Assembly: GCA_016867395.1 (NCBI GenBank)
Contig: VGJS01000004.1
Coordinates: 80,966-112,965 of the forward strand
Direction of reading: 5' to 3'
Length of the DNA: 32,000 nt
Source: Candidatus Handelsmanbacteria bacterium
GTDB taxonomy: Bacteria; Latescibacterota; UBA2968; UBA8231
Shown here: positions 9,602 through 18,223 of the stretch, one piece after another
Layout: every line of letters begins with the position of its first letter
Numbering within the stretch: position 1 is the first letter of the stretch
Position numbers and translations under genes: made by a program
The notes under the pieces: generated by a model
The model's input: the letters and a program-made list of their open reading frames with translations, nothing else
The model's database searches: none
What the model was told of the DNA's origin: nothing

Positions 9602-10225
9602 TCAGGCGTTTTCGAGCACGATGACCTCGACCATGTCGGCCACGTCCTCACAGCAGTCAGTGGCGCTCTCGACGAACTCGCAGATCTCCTTCCACTTGAT
9701 TACCAGCAGCGGGTCCCCCCCGCCCTTAAAGAGCGAGGCCAGGGCTTCGCGGTAGATCTGGTCGGCCTGGTCCTCCAGCCGGTGGATCTCAACACACAGG
9801 GGCAGCATCTCCTCCAGCTTGGGTGTGCGGCGCAGCCGACCCACCACCCCCTGCACCGCCCGGCAGGAGTCCAGCAGCACCCGGGCCAGGGACTGGAGCG
9901 AGGGATAGATCTCGGCTATCTCGTAAAGCACCAGCCGGCTGGTAGCGGCGTTGATGCCGTCGGCGACGCTGTCCAGCCCCTGGACGAGCCGGCGGATATC
10001 GCCCCGCTCGATGGGAGTGATGAAGGAGCTGTGCAGGAGCTTCATGGTCTCGTGGACCACCTCGTCCAGCTCGTGCTCCACCCTTTTGATCTCCTCGGCC
10101 CGCCGCGCCAGGTCGCTGAAGTTCTCCAGCAGGTCGAGGAACTGGGCGGCGGCGCGCACCTGTAATTCCGCGGCCCGGTCGAAGAGGTCGTAGAAGCGGT
10201 TGTTGGTCGGCGTCAGTTTGAACAT
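9602..10225 (-). CDS. DUF47 (PhoU-like/YkaA-type) phosphate-transport accessory protein
   Basis: 207-aa helical protein (FYDLF...HELDEVVHETMKLLHSSFITPIERGDI...) located immediately upstream of a PiT gene. This is the well-known DUF47-PiT pairing. GGAGG RBS is present. Confidence 0.85.
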   Translation of the reverse strand: MFKLTPTNNRFYDLFDRAAELQVRAAAQFLDLLENFSDLARRAEEIKRVEHELDEVVHETMKLLHSSFITPIERGDIRRLVQGLDSVADGINAATSRLVLYEIAEIYPSLQSLARVLLDSCRAVQGVVGRLRRTPKLEEMLPLCVEIHRLEDQADQIYREALASLFKGGGDPLLVIKWKEICEFVESATDCCEDVADMVEVIVLENA

Positions 10226-10242
10226 GGGATTACCTCCAGATA

Positions 10243-10267
10243 GGGGCAGGTTTGAAACCTGCCCCTA
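10243..10267. other. Perfect 25-nt palindrome (12-nt arms) at the corA/DUF47 junction
   Basis: AGGGGCAGGTTT-G-AAACCTGCCCCT; I checked every arm position for pairing. It overlaps the reconstructed corA stop (10265..10267) and lies just upstream of the GGAGG RBS of the DUF47 gene. No U-tract follows on the transcribed strand. Confidence 0.7.
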
Positions 10268-11334
10268 CAACCATTTCTTCCTGCGGAAAGACAGCACCAT
10301 GCCCACCCCGACGCCGATCATCACCACCCACAGGGCCGGGTAGGCCGAGGGCAGGTCGAGCTCGGGGCAGGTGGTGGAAGTTCATGCCGTAGACCCCGGC
10401 GATGAATGTCAGGAGGATGAAGATAGAGGTGAAAAGGGCCAGGATCTTCATCACCTCGTTCATGCGGTTGTTCAGGTTGAACAGGTGCAGGTCGAGCAGA
10501 CCCACGACGATCTCCCGGGAAATCTCGATGGTGTCGATCATCTGCACCAGGTGGTCGTAGATGGCGCGCAGGTAGAGCCGGGTCTCCTGGGCCACCAGCG
10601 GGGATGCCTCGCGGTGAAGGTGGTTGACCACCTCCCGCAGCGGCCAGGCAGTCTGGCGGATGAAGAGCACCTCCCGCCGCACCTGCTGGATGGCCTGGAG
10701 CAGGTCCGTTTCCGGCCTTTCCAGCAGCGCAGCCTCCAGCCGATCGACCTGGTTTCCCAGCCGCTCCAGCACCACGAAGTAGAGGTCCACGGTGGCGTCC
10801 AGCAGGGCGAAGGCCAGATGGTCGGCCCCCGTACTGGCGGATGCCGCCGCGGTTGTGGCGCAGCCGCTGCGGCACCGGCTCGAAGATGCCCCGGCCCGCC
10901 TTCTCCTGAAAGGAGATCACGAAATCGGTCCCCACCACCAGGCTCAACTGCTCAGTCTCGATGCGCTGCTTCTCGCCGCTATAGACCATCTCGGCGACGA
11001 TGAAGAGATACGAGTCGTGGTCCTCGACCTTGGGCCGCTGGGGGTGGCGTTGAGGATGTCCTCCTGGACCAGAATTTGGATGCCGAACTCCTCCCCCAGC
11101 TTGCGGCCCCCCCTTCACCTCCTGCAGGCCATCGATGTCGATCCAGGTGACGCCGGCGGCCAGCCGGGGGCCAAAGGCTTCCTCGATGGCGGCCAGCCGC
11201 CGCTCGCGCAGCCCCTCCCCGTCGTAGTCCATCAGGTGGAGCTGCACCGCCCCGGACTGCTGCTCGCCGATGTGCACCAGGGTGCCGGGGGGCAGGCCGG
11301 CCTTGTGCGATTTCCCTCTGCGATGTCCTGGCAT
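10265..11334 (-). pseudogene. corA: CorA magnesium/cobalt transporter, interrupted by four 1-nt indels in G/C runs
   Basis: Pieces in three frames join into a canonical CorA: MPGHRRGK...VTWIDIDGLQEVKGG / RKLGEEFGIQILVQEDILNATP / QRPKVEDHDSYLFIVAEMV...RQYG / ADHLAFALLDATVDLYFVVLERL...FIAGVYGMNFHHLP / ELDLPSAYPALWVVMIGVGVGMVLSFRRKKWL*. The YGMNF motif is present. Junctions lie at the C7 run 11107-11113, G5 run 11040-11044, C5 run 10826-10830 and G4 run 10364-10367. Confidence 0.85.
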
Positions 11335-11411
11335 GAACGAACCCCTTGGCGCCCCCGGAGCACCAAAGGGAGAGGCCGGTCAGCGGCGGCAGCCCGCTCA
11401 GATCAGAAGGC

Positions 11412-12872
11412 TTAGTCGCCCAGGTTCTTGCGGAGGTCGGCATCGCCGTCCCCGTCCACGTCCTCGTTGTCGAGGGCGTCCTGGATACTGTCCACCCCAA
11501 AGTTGAACTTGAAGAGCATCAGCGAGATGGCCGTGCCCTTCGAGCCACCCGGCAACATCCCGCCCCGGATGACCAGGGCTAGATCCAGCACCTCGACCTG
11601 GGTGTGCCCCAGGTTGAAGGGGCCAAAGGCGAAGCCCAGCGAGGAGCCGGAGCTGCGCCCGCCCACAGTCAGGCCGAAACGCATGGGGAACCAGTTCACC
11701 AGGCGGTACTCGGTCCCCAGCGCGATGCGCGGGGTGGCCTCGATGCCGAAACCGCTGCTAAAGGCCTGGTCGTAGTTGCCCAGCAGCACCAACTTGGGCT
11801 GGAGCTGGTATGCGGCGCCCAGGCGCAGCATGGCCGGCAGGGAGCGGGAGAAGGCTTTGTCGCCCAGGTTCTTGCGGAAGTCGGCATCGCCGTCCCCGTC
11901 CACGTCCTCGTTGTCGAGGGCGTCCTGGATACTGTCCCCCCCAAAGATGCTGGTGACCTTCATGTCAATGGCCGTGGCAAAGAGCGAGTCCTGCTTGGGC
12001 GAGATGCCCCAGGACGTGTAGTCTAGGAAGTTGAGCAGCCCGGCGCTGAAGGTAAGCTTGCGGTCCGTAGTGACCCCCGCCACCCCCAGGTCCAGGCCGA
12101 ACCCGTACCCCCCGGCGACGCGGGTGATCATGTTGAAGTCCAGGTCCGCGCCCTCGCGCTCCACCAGCAGGGTGCCGCCCGAGTGCTGGGTGTCTCCGTA
12201 AGCGCCGCTGAGGATCTTGAAGGTGCCGCCCACGGTGAACTCGTCGAGGTAGGGCTTGAAACGGGCCGGCATCCAGGGCTTGGCCGCGGCAAAGTTGAAG
12301 CTGAGCATCCCCCAGCCGGCCCCTTCCCAGTCGGCGATGTCATAGGACGTGTCGAAGTCGTTGCCCCGCAGCATCAACTCGATCATGTCCTTGGGGATCT
12401 CGGCCTCGAAGCCGGTGTTCAGGCCCAGGGTAATGGCCGAACTCAGCCCCCATTTCGCGATGGGGAAGGCCACCCCGCCGTTGACGGGGATGCCCAAAGC
12501 GAAGCGCGGGTCCAAGTCCATGTTGATGCGCAGGCCCTCGGCGGGAATATCCTTGAGGATCTTTTTCTTGTCGTTGTCGGTGATCAGGCGGTTCTTGTCG
12601 GTAAAGTTGTCGTTGTACGTTTTGACCGAGAAGCCGTTGTTCTCGGCGATTAGGGACAGACCCAGATTGAGCAGCTCCCACTGGAAGCGGGGACCGCTCC
12701 GCAGGGCCAAGTTGGCCGGATTCCAGAACACCGTCTCCGGGCCCCGGGCCAGGGCGGTGTACGCCTGGGACAGGGACAGGGCGCGGGTCTGGATGTCTCC
12801 CAGGCCCTCCGACCGGGTCGAGATCCCGGCAACCAGGAGAACGGCGATGATGGCGATCTTACCGGTTTTCAT
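11412..12872 (-). CDS. Predicted outer-membrane beta-barrel protein (PorV/PorQ/FadL-like), function unknown
   Basis: 486 aa. The signal peptide is MKTGKIAIIAVLLVAGIS. The N-terminal AYTALARGPETVFWNPANLA signature is typical of PorV/TraF/FadL-like barrels. Amphipathic strands with Gly/aromatic residues alternate throughout. Two copies of DSIQDALDNEDVDGDGDAD(F/L)RKNLGD are present. Its start lies 2 nt after the upstream stop. Confidence 0.7.
   Translation of the reverse strand: MKTGKIAIIAVLLVAGISTRSEGLGDIQTRALSLSQAYTALARGPETVFWNPANLALRSGPRFQWELLNLGLSLIAENNGFSVKTYNDNFTDKNRLITDNDKKKILKDIPAEGLRINMDLDPRFALGIPVNGGVAFPIAKWGLSSAITLGLNTGFEAEIPKDMIELMLRGNDFDTSYDIADWEGAGWGMLSFNFAAAKPWMPARFKPYLDEFTVGGTFKILSGAYGDTQHSGGTLLVEREGADLDFNMITRVAGGYGFGLDLGVAGVTTDRKLTFSAGLLNFLDYTSWGISPKQDSLFATAIDMKVTSIFGGDSIQDALDNEDVDGDGDADFRKNLGDKAFSRSLPAMLRLGAAYQLQPKLVLLGNYDQAFSSGFGIEATPRIALGTEYRLVNWFPMRFGLTVGGRSSGSSLGFAFGPFNLGHTQVEVLDLALVIRGGMLPGGSKGTAISLMLFKFNFGVDSIQDALDNEDVDGDGDADLRKNLGD
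11415..11502 (-). repeat. 88-bp direct repeat, copy A (encodes the last 28 aa of the barrel gene)
   Basis: Identical to 11859..11946 except at 2 positions (gcggaGgtc vs gcggaAgtc; tccAcccc vs tccCcccc), by my hand alignment. Confidence 0.9.
11859..11946 (-). repeat. 88-bp direct repeat, copy B (internal loop of the barrel gene)
   Basis: See copy A. The offset between copies is 444 nt, which is 148 codons and therefore in frame. Confidence 0.9.
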
Positions 12873-12874
12873 GA

Positions 12875-14926
12875 TTAGTTCCCCCCGTTTACCAGGACAT
12901 CATTCAACTCCAGGAAAATCTCAGTGAAAGCCTTCACATCCACAAAATCCGTACCTAGCACATCGATGTTCTGGCCGCCGGCGGTCCGGTCCAACTCGAT
13001 GAGGATACCGGTGTACACCCCGCCCGGCTGCAGGAAGACCAGGGCGTCCTCCTTGCGGATGCTAATCCGTTGGGTGCTGTTCAGGCTCTGGGTAACCCGG
13101 CCCCGGCTGTCCACCGGCGCCGCGTCCACGCCAAAGCCCTGTTCGCGGGGAATGCGCAGGATGGGGTTGGTGAAGACCTGGTCCCGGGTAGACCCCACCA
13201 TCAGGCTCACCCGCACCCCGATGGGCAGGTGGTTCTCGACGGCGGTCTCCACCACCGCACTGTCGAGGGTGCTGCTGATCCGCTCGCGGGCAGTGGCGTC
13301 GTTGAACCGGCGCTCCACCGGATCGGTGCGGATCTGGGTGTCGGCGCTGATGAGCAGCCGGGCCGGGGCCTTGAAGACCAGGCTGTCCATCCGCACCCAG
13401 TGCTCTGGAGCGACCGTTTCCACCCCCTGGCCGTCGCCCAACAACACCTCCGGCTCCACCACCAGGCTGTCGGGCAGCAGGTTGAGGAAGTTGGTCAGTT
13501 CCGTGGAAGTGGGACCCAAAATTAGTTGTTTGGGATTGGCCGCATCTCCCCGGGCGATAATCGCGTTGACGTCCAGGGTTCCCTGGTCCCCGGTGGTGCT
13601 GAAGCCGTCCAGGTGCAAGTTGAGCTCGCTGCTGAAGCCCACCCCCGAGGTCATGAAGACCTGGAGGGAAGAGGTGCTCAGGGCGATGTTGTCGAGGCCG
13701 TCGGGGAAACCGAGTTTTTTGCGGGTCGTGGGAATGGGCACGGAGAGGCGGTTCAGAATCCCCTCGACCCGAGAGAAAGCCAGGGTGTCGGTGATGGCCT
13801 TCACCTCGATGGTGGTTCCCGCGATCAGGCTTTCCGGCTCGGTGGAGGGGATGGTCGTGGCAAAATAAGAAAAGCGCAGCTTGAGCGGATCGATGGGGGC
13901 AAACGTAGTGCCCTCCACGTCGAAGACCGCAGTCACCACCTCGTTTTCGTTCAACCGCTGGATGCGGAAGACGGGGGGTTTGCCGTCCGGTTTTTTCAGG
14001 TCGTCCAGCGCGATGTCCAACTGCATGACCAGGGGGATGTTGTTGGTCACCTCAAAGGTTAGCCGGCCCTTGCGGATTAAGGCGGTGGTGACCTGGATGC
14101 GGTCGTCGGGGAATTCCAGGGCCTGGCGGTCCTCGAATTCCTGCTGCGGGATCAGGGCTTCTGCCTGGGTGGCGATTAGGGGCTGCAGGGCGGCCCGCAC
14201 CTCCAGCGCGGACTCATTGGTGACGGTCGCCGCATCGGCGGCCACCGTGCTGCCGGTCACCTGGATGGCTAGGTTCCCGGAGATCGACTTGCCGGCCAGC
14301 GCGAAGCTGCCGCTCTCAGAGGACCCCGCGGGCACCTGGCCCAGGTCGATGGTGCTTACCTCGGCCCCCCGGTCCGCCAGGATGAGCCGCATATTGGTCA
14401 GGTCCAAGGGCAGGTTGTTGCGGAAGGTGATGTCGATCGCCCCCTCCTTCACCACCACCAGGACGATATTCTCGACGGTCAGGGGTACCTGGGTAGTGAT
14501 CGCCGTGGCCGGGACCGGCGCCGTGATCCCGGCGCTGGCGCCGGGCACCAGTTGGCTCATAGGAATGGTGGTGGCCGGCAGCTCCGCCCCCGGCAGTTCG
14601 ATGTCGCCGATGGGGGTGGTGAAATCGGCGCCCTTGGGCTGGATGCTCAGCCGGTCGCCGATCTCCTGGCGGCCGTTCTTGCCGAACGTGTGGGTGAAGT
14701 CCAGGGCCATGCGCCCGGTCTCGTCCAGTTCGAGATAGTCGCGGTCGCCCACCACGTTGGACATCAGGGTGCGGTCGTCGGCCACCGGGATGCTGATCTT
14801 GAACTTGCTCTTGGGGACCTGGGGTTTCTTCAACATGCAGCCGGCGGCCAGGACCAGGAGCAGGGCCCCGCCCCAGGCCAAGTACCGCCAGCGCCGCGCC
14901 GCGCCGGTAAACCTCGCTCTTGCCAT
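12875..14926 (-). CDS. Predicted lipoprotein, 683 aa, function unknown
   Basis: The N-terminus is RRWRYLAWGGALLLVLAAGC (signal peptide plus lipobox), and this is the only Cys in the protein. A beta-sandwich-like motif recurs three times (ITFRNNLPLDL, FEVTNNIPLVMQLDI, AVENHLPIGVRVSL). GGGAGG RBS lies upstream. No catalytic motif recognised. Confidence 0.7.
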   Translation of the reverse strand: MARARFTGAARRWRYLAWGGALLLVLAAGCMLKKPQVPKSKFKISIPVADDRTLMSNVVGDRDYLELDETGRMALDFTHTFGKNGRQEIGDRLSIQPKGADFTTPIGDIELPGAELPATTIPMSQLVPGASAGITAPVPATAITTQVPLTVENIVLVVVKEGAIDITFRNNLPLDLTNMRLILADRGAEVSTIDLGQVPAGSSESGSFALAGKSISGNLAIQVTGSTVAADAATVTNESALEVRAALQPLIATQAEALIPQQEFEDRQALEFPDDRIQVTTALIRKGRLTFEVTNNIPLVMQLDIALDDLKKPDGKPPVFRIQRLNENEVVTAVFDVEGTTFAPIDPLKLRFSYFATTIPSTEPESLIAGTTIEVKAITDTLAFSRVEGILNRLSVPIPTTRKKLGFPDGLDNIALSTSSLQVFMTSGVGFSSELNLHLDGFSTTGDQGTLDVNAIIARGDAANPKQLILGPTSTELTNFLNLLPDSLVVEPEVLLGDGQGVETVAPEHWVRMDSLVFKAPARLLISADTQIRTDPVERRFNDATARERISSTLDSAVVETAVENHLPIGVRVSLMVGSTRDQVFTNPILRIPREQGFGVDAAPVDSRGRVTQSLNSTQRISIRKEDALVFLQPGGVYTGILIELDRTAGGQNIDVLGTDFVDVKAFTEIFLELNDVLVNGGN

Positions 14927-14972
14927 GGATGATCCTCCCTGTTGGCGCCGCCTGCCGGCTGCGCTGTTTGCA

Positions 14973-16148
14973 CTACCTCTGCTTGAGACCCGCCGCCCGC
15001 CGCAACGCCCCCACCTTGTCGGTGCGCTCCCAGGTGAAGGCGGGCAGTTCGCGGCCGAAATGGCCGTGGGCCGCGGTCTGCCGGTAGATGGGCCGGAGCA
15101 GCCCCAGGCCGGCGATGATCGACTTGGGGCGCAGGTCGAAGACCTTGGCCACCGCCTCAGCCAGTCGCTCGTCGGGCAGCGCCCCGGTGCCGAAGGTGTC
15201 CACCTTCACCGAGACCGGCCGGGCCACACCGATGGCGTAGGCCACTTGCAACTCGCAGCGGCGGGCCAGGCCCGCGGCCACCACGTTCTTGGCCGCCCAG
15301 CGGGCCGCGTACGCGGCGCTGCGGTCCACCTTGCTGGGGTCCTTGCCCGAGAAAGCCCCGCCCCCGTGCCGGCCCATGCCGCCGTAGGTATCGACGATGA
15401 TCTTGCGCCCGGTCAGGCCCGAATCCCCGTGGGGCCCGCCCACCTCGAAGCGGCCGGTGGGGTTGACATGGAAAATGGTGTCCTTGTCCGCCTTGGTGGA
15501 ACTGGCCCCGTTGATCACCCGCCTGGCCATGGCGATCATGTCGCGGCGGATGGTCTCCATTTTCACTTCGGGGGCGTGCTGGGTGCTGATGACCACGGTG
15601 TGCACCCGCCGGGGCCGGTCGTCCTCGTACTCGACAGTCACCTGCGACTTGGCGTCGGGGCGTAGGTACCTGAGTTTGCCGGCCCGGCGCAAGCGCTCCT
15701 GCTGCTCCATCAGGCGGTGGGCTAGAAAGATGGGCAGGGGCATGAACTGGGGGGTCTCGTCCACGGCAAAGCCGAACATCAAACCCTGGTCGCCGGCCCC
15801 CTGCTCGTGGCCCTTTTTCTCGTCCACGCCCCTAGCGATGTCAGGGGATTGCTTGTGGATGGCCACCAGTACCCCGCAGGAGTCGGCGTCGAAGCCCACC
15901 CCCGCCTCAGTGTAGCCAATATCGCGCACCGTGCGGCGCACCACCTCCTGGATGTCGACGAAGGCGCGGGTGGTGACCTCGCCCGCCACCACCACCTGCC
16001 CGGTAGTCACCAGGGTCTCGCAGGCCACCCGCGAGGCGGGGTCCTGAGCCAGCATCTCGTCGAGGATGGCGTCGGAGATCTGGTCGGCCACCTTGTCGGG
16101 ATGGCCGGCCGAAACCGATTCGGAAGTAAACAGATAGCGACTCATCAA
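14973..16148 (-). CDS. metK: S-adenosylmethionine synthetase
   Basis: 391 aa with [36 protein letters not shown] and [19 protein letters not shown], all canonical MetK motifs. Confidence 0.97.
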   Translation of the reverse strand: MMSRYLFTSESVSAGHPDKVADQISDAILDEMLAQDPASRVACETLVTTGQVVVAGEVTTRAFVDIQEVVRRTVRDIGYTEAGVGFDADSCGVLVAIHKQSPDIARGVDEKKGHEQGAGDQGLMFGFAVDETPQFMPLPIFLAHRLMEQQERLRRAGKLRYLRPDAKSQVTVEYEDDRPRRVHTVVISTQHAPEVKMETIRRDMIAMARRVINGASSTKADKDTIFHVNPTGRFEVGGPHGDSGLTGRKIIVDTYGGMGRHGGGAFSGKDPSKVDRSAAYAARWAAKNVVAAGLARRCELQVAYAIGVARPVSVKVDTFGTGALPDERLAEAVAKVFDLRPKSIIAGLGLLRPIYRQTAAHGHFGRELPAFTWERTDKVGALRRAAGLKQR

Positions 16149-16176
16149 GTGTTCTCCTCGGAGCAGAAAAATTGGT

Positions 16177-17922
16177 CTATTTGGCGAGGTTAAAGGCGGC
16201 TTCCTCCAGGCGCTGCCGCACCTCGGCCCCGGTCTTGAGGGTCAGGCAGGCGGCGGCCAACTCCCGGGCTTCGCTCAGGCAGATGGCCCGCACCACCTCC
16301 TTGACCTCGGGGATCAGTCCGGGGCTGAGGCTCAGACTTTCCAGGCCCAGCCCCACCAGCAGGGGCACGGCCAGCGGGTCGCCGGCCAGCTCGCCGCAGA
16401 TGCTCACCGGCACCCCGTGCCGGCGGCCGCTCTCCACGGTCATGGCGACCAGGCGCAGCACCGCCGGGTGGAAGGAATCGTAGAGCTCGGCCACCGTGGG
16501 GGTGCCCCGGTCCACCGCCAGGGTGTACTGGGTCAGGTCGTTGGTCCCCAAACTTAAAAAGTCCACCTCCGCGGCAAAAGCGTCGGCCTGCAGCGCCACC
16601 GAGGGCACCTCGACCATCACCCCCAGCTCGCAGGTCTGGGCAAAGGGCACCCCCTCCTGGCGCAGTTCCTCCTCCACCTCGGCCAGCACCTGGCGGGCCC
16701 GGCGCACCTCTTCGAGGCTGGAGACCATGGGCAGCAGGAGCTGGGCCCGGCCTTTGACCCCGGCCCGCAACACCGCCCGCAACTGGGCCTTAAAGAGGGA
16801 AGGGACGTCCAGGCAGATGCGGATGCCCCGCCAGCCCAGGAAGGGGTTGGCCTCCGGGGCGCTTTCGAGCACATGAGAGAGCTTGTCGCCCCCCAGGTCA
16901 AAGGTGCGGATCACCACCGGATGGGGGGCCAGGGCCTCGACGATGCGGCGGTAGACCGCCACCTGCTCCTCCTCGCTGGGCAGGCGGTAGCCCAAGTAGA
17001 GCAGCTCGGTTCGGTACATACCCACCCCGCGGGCGCCGTGGTCGAGGGCGGCCTGCACCTCCTCGGGCACGTCGATGTTGGCCAGCAGGGCGATCTCGCA
17101 ATCGTCGCGGGTGCGGGCCGGCAGGTCGCGGCGGGCGTTCAGGTCGAGCTGGCGCTGGCGCTGGCGCTGCACCTGGCCGCGGTAGGAGCGCAGGATCGGG
17201 GCGGTGGGGTTGACGTGTACCACCCCCTCCTCCCCATCGACCACCACCATGTCGCCGGAGGTGATCTGGTGGGAGGCGCTCTGGGTGCCCACCACCGTGG
17301 GCAGGCCCAGGGAGCGGGCGATGATGCTGGCGTGGGAGTTGGCCCCGCCCCCGTCGATGACCAGACCCTTGACCCGCCGCTGCCCGAGCTCCACCGCCTC
17401 GGAGGGCAAGAGGTCGTGGGCCACCACCACGGTATTTGCCCGCAGGGCGCAGAGGGCGCGCAGCTCGCCCCCCGCCAGCCGGATCAATACCTGTTGTTCG
17501 ATATCCATCACGTCGCTGATCCGCATGCGCAGGTACTCGTTCTCGATCTGCTCGAACATCTTGCGGGCCTGCCTGAGGGTCACCGAGAAGGCCCGGTCGG
17601 CTGTACACTGGCGCTCGCGGATCAGGGTCAGGGTCTGCTTCTTGATCTCCGGGTCTTCGAGCATGAAGAGCTGGGCCTCGAAGATCATCGCCAGTTCCGC
17701 CCCGTGTTCCATCTCCACCAGGCGCTGGGTGCGGCGGATCTCCTCGCCCACCTGGTGCAGGGTGTTGAGGAAACGCTCGGCCTCCCCTTCCACCTGGTCG
17801 GCGGCGATCTTGCGCTTGGGGATCTCGGGGACCTCCTCATTGTGGATGAAGGCCCGACCGATGGCCACCCCCGGCGCGGCGGCGATCCCCTCCAGCTTGT
17901 TGTATGGACGCGGCTTCTTCAC
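16177..17922 (-). CDS. ptsI: Phosphoenolpyruvate-protein phosphotransferase (PTS Enzyme I)
   Basis: 581 aa with the [17 protein letters not shown] catalytic-His region and a PEP-utilising C-terminal TIM barrel ([18 protein letters not shown]). It sits directly downstream of ptsH. Confidence 0.95.
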   Translation of the reverse strand: MKKPRPYNKLEGIAAAPGVAIGRAFIHNEEVPEIPKRKIAADQVEGEAERFLNTLHQVGEEIRRTQRLVEMEHGAELAMIFEAQLFMLEDPEIKKQTLTLIRERQCTADRAFSVTLRQARKMFEQIENEYLRMRISDVMDIEQQVLIRLAGGELRALCALRANTVVVAHDLLPSEAVELGQRRVKGLVIDGGGANSHASIIARSLGLPTVVGTQSASHQITSGDMVVVDGEEGVVHVNPTAPILRSYRGQVQRQRQRQLDLNARRDLPARTRDDCEIALLANIDVPEEVQAALDHGARGVGMYRTELLYLGYRLPSEEEQVAVYRRIVEALAPHPVVIRTFDLGGDKLSHVLESAPEANPFLGWRGIRICLDVPSLFKAQLRAVLRAGVKGRAQLLLPMVSSLEEVRRARQVLAEVEEELRQEGVPFAQTCELGVMVEVPSVALQADAFAAEVDFLSLGTNDLTQYTLAVDRGTPTVAELYDSFHPAVLRLVAMTVESGRRHGVPVSICGELAGDPLAVPLLVGLGLESLSLSPGLIPEVKEVVRAICLSEARELAAACLTLKTGAEVRQRLEEAAFNLAK

Positions 17923-17923
17923 G

Positions 17924-18190
17924 CTAGACCTCGAAATTGCTCTCCAGCAACTGGGCCAGGGTATCCACTGCCTCGGCCTCGTCCTCCCCTTCGGCCTCCA
18001 CCAGGATCTGGGCGCCCTGCTCGGCGGCCAGCATCATCACCCCCATGATGCTCTTCCCGTTGATGCGCTGGGTTTCGCCCTTGGAAAAGAAGACCTCCGC
18101 CTTAAACTTGGAGGCGCTGCGCACCACCAGCGCCGAGGGGCGGGCGTGGATGCCCAGGTGGTTCTTCACCATCGCGATCTTGGACTTCAT
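17924..18190 (-). CDS. ptsH: Phosphocarrier protein HPr
   Basis: 88 aa with GIHARPS (His15 site) and GKSIMGVMML (Ser46 site). GGAGG RBS is present. Confidence 0.93.
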   Translation of the reverse strand: MKSKIAMVKNHLGIHARPSALVVRSASKFKAEVFFSKGETQRINGKSIMGVMMLAAEQGAQILVEAEGEDEAEAVDTLAQLLESNFEV

Positions 18191-18223
18191 CCCCCTCCTA
18201 CTTCCAGGCTTCCAGCAGCCGGC

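Noticed and set aside
11415-11946. The 88-bp repeat pair as template and variable repeats of a diversity-generating retroelement.
   Set aside because: The only two mismatches are not adenine-specific on the coding strand (C/T and T/G). No reverse transcriptase gene is nearby.
16149-16176. A SAM riboswitch upstream of metK.
   Set aside because: Only 28 nt separate metK from the ptsI stop, which is far too short for any SAM riboswitch class.
17150-17172. The short tandem CTGGCG repeats (ctggcgctggcgctggcgctg).
   Set aside because: They lie inside ptsI and encode a QRQRQRQ linker. Three to four hexamer units is an ordinary coding microsatellite, not a CRISPR or regulatory array.
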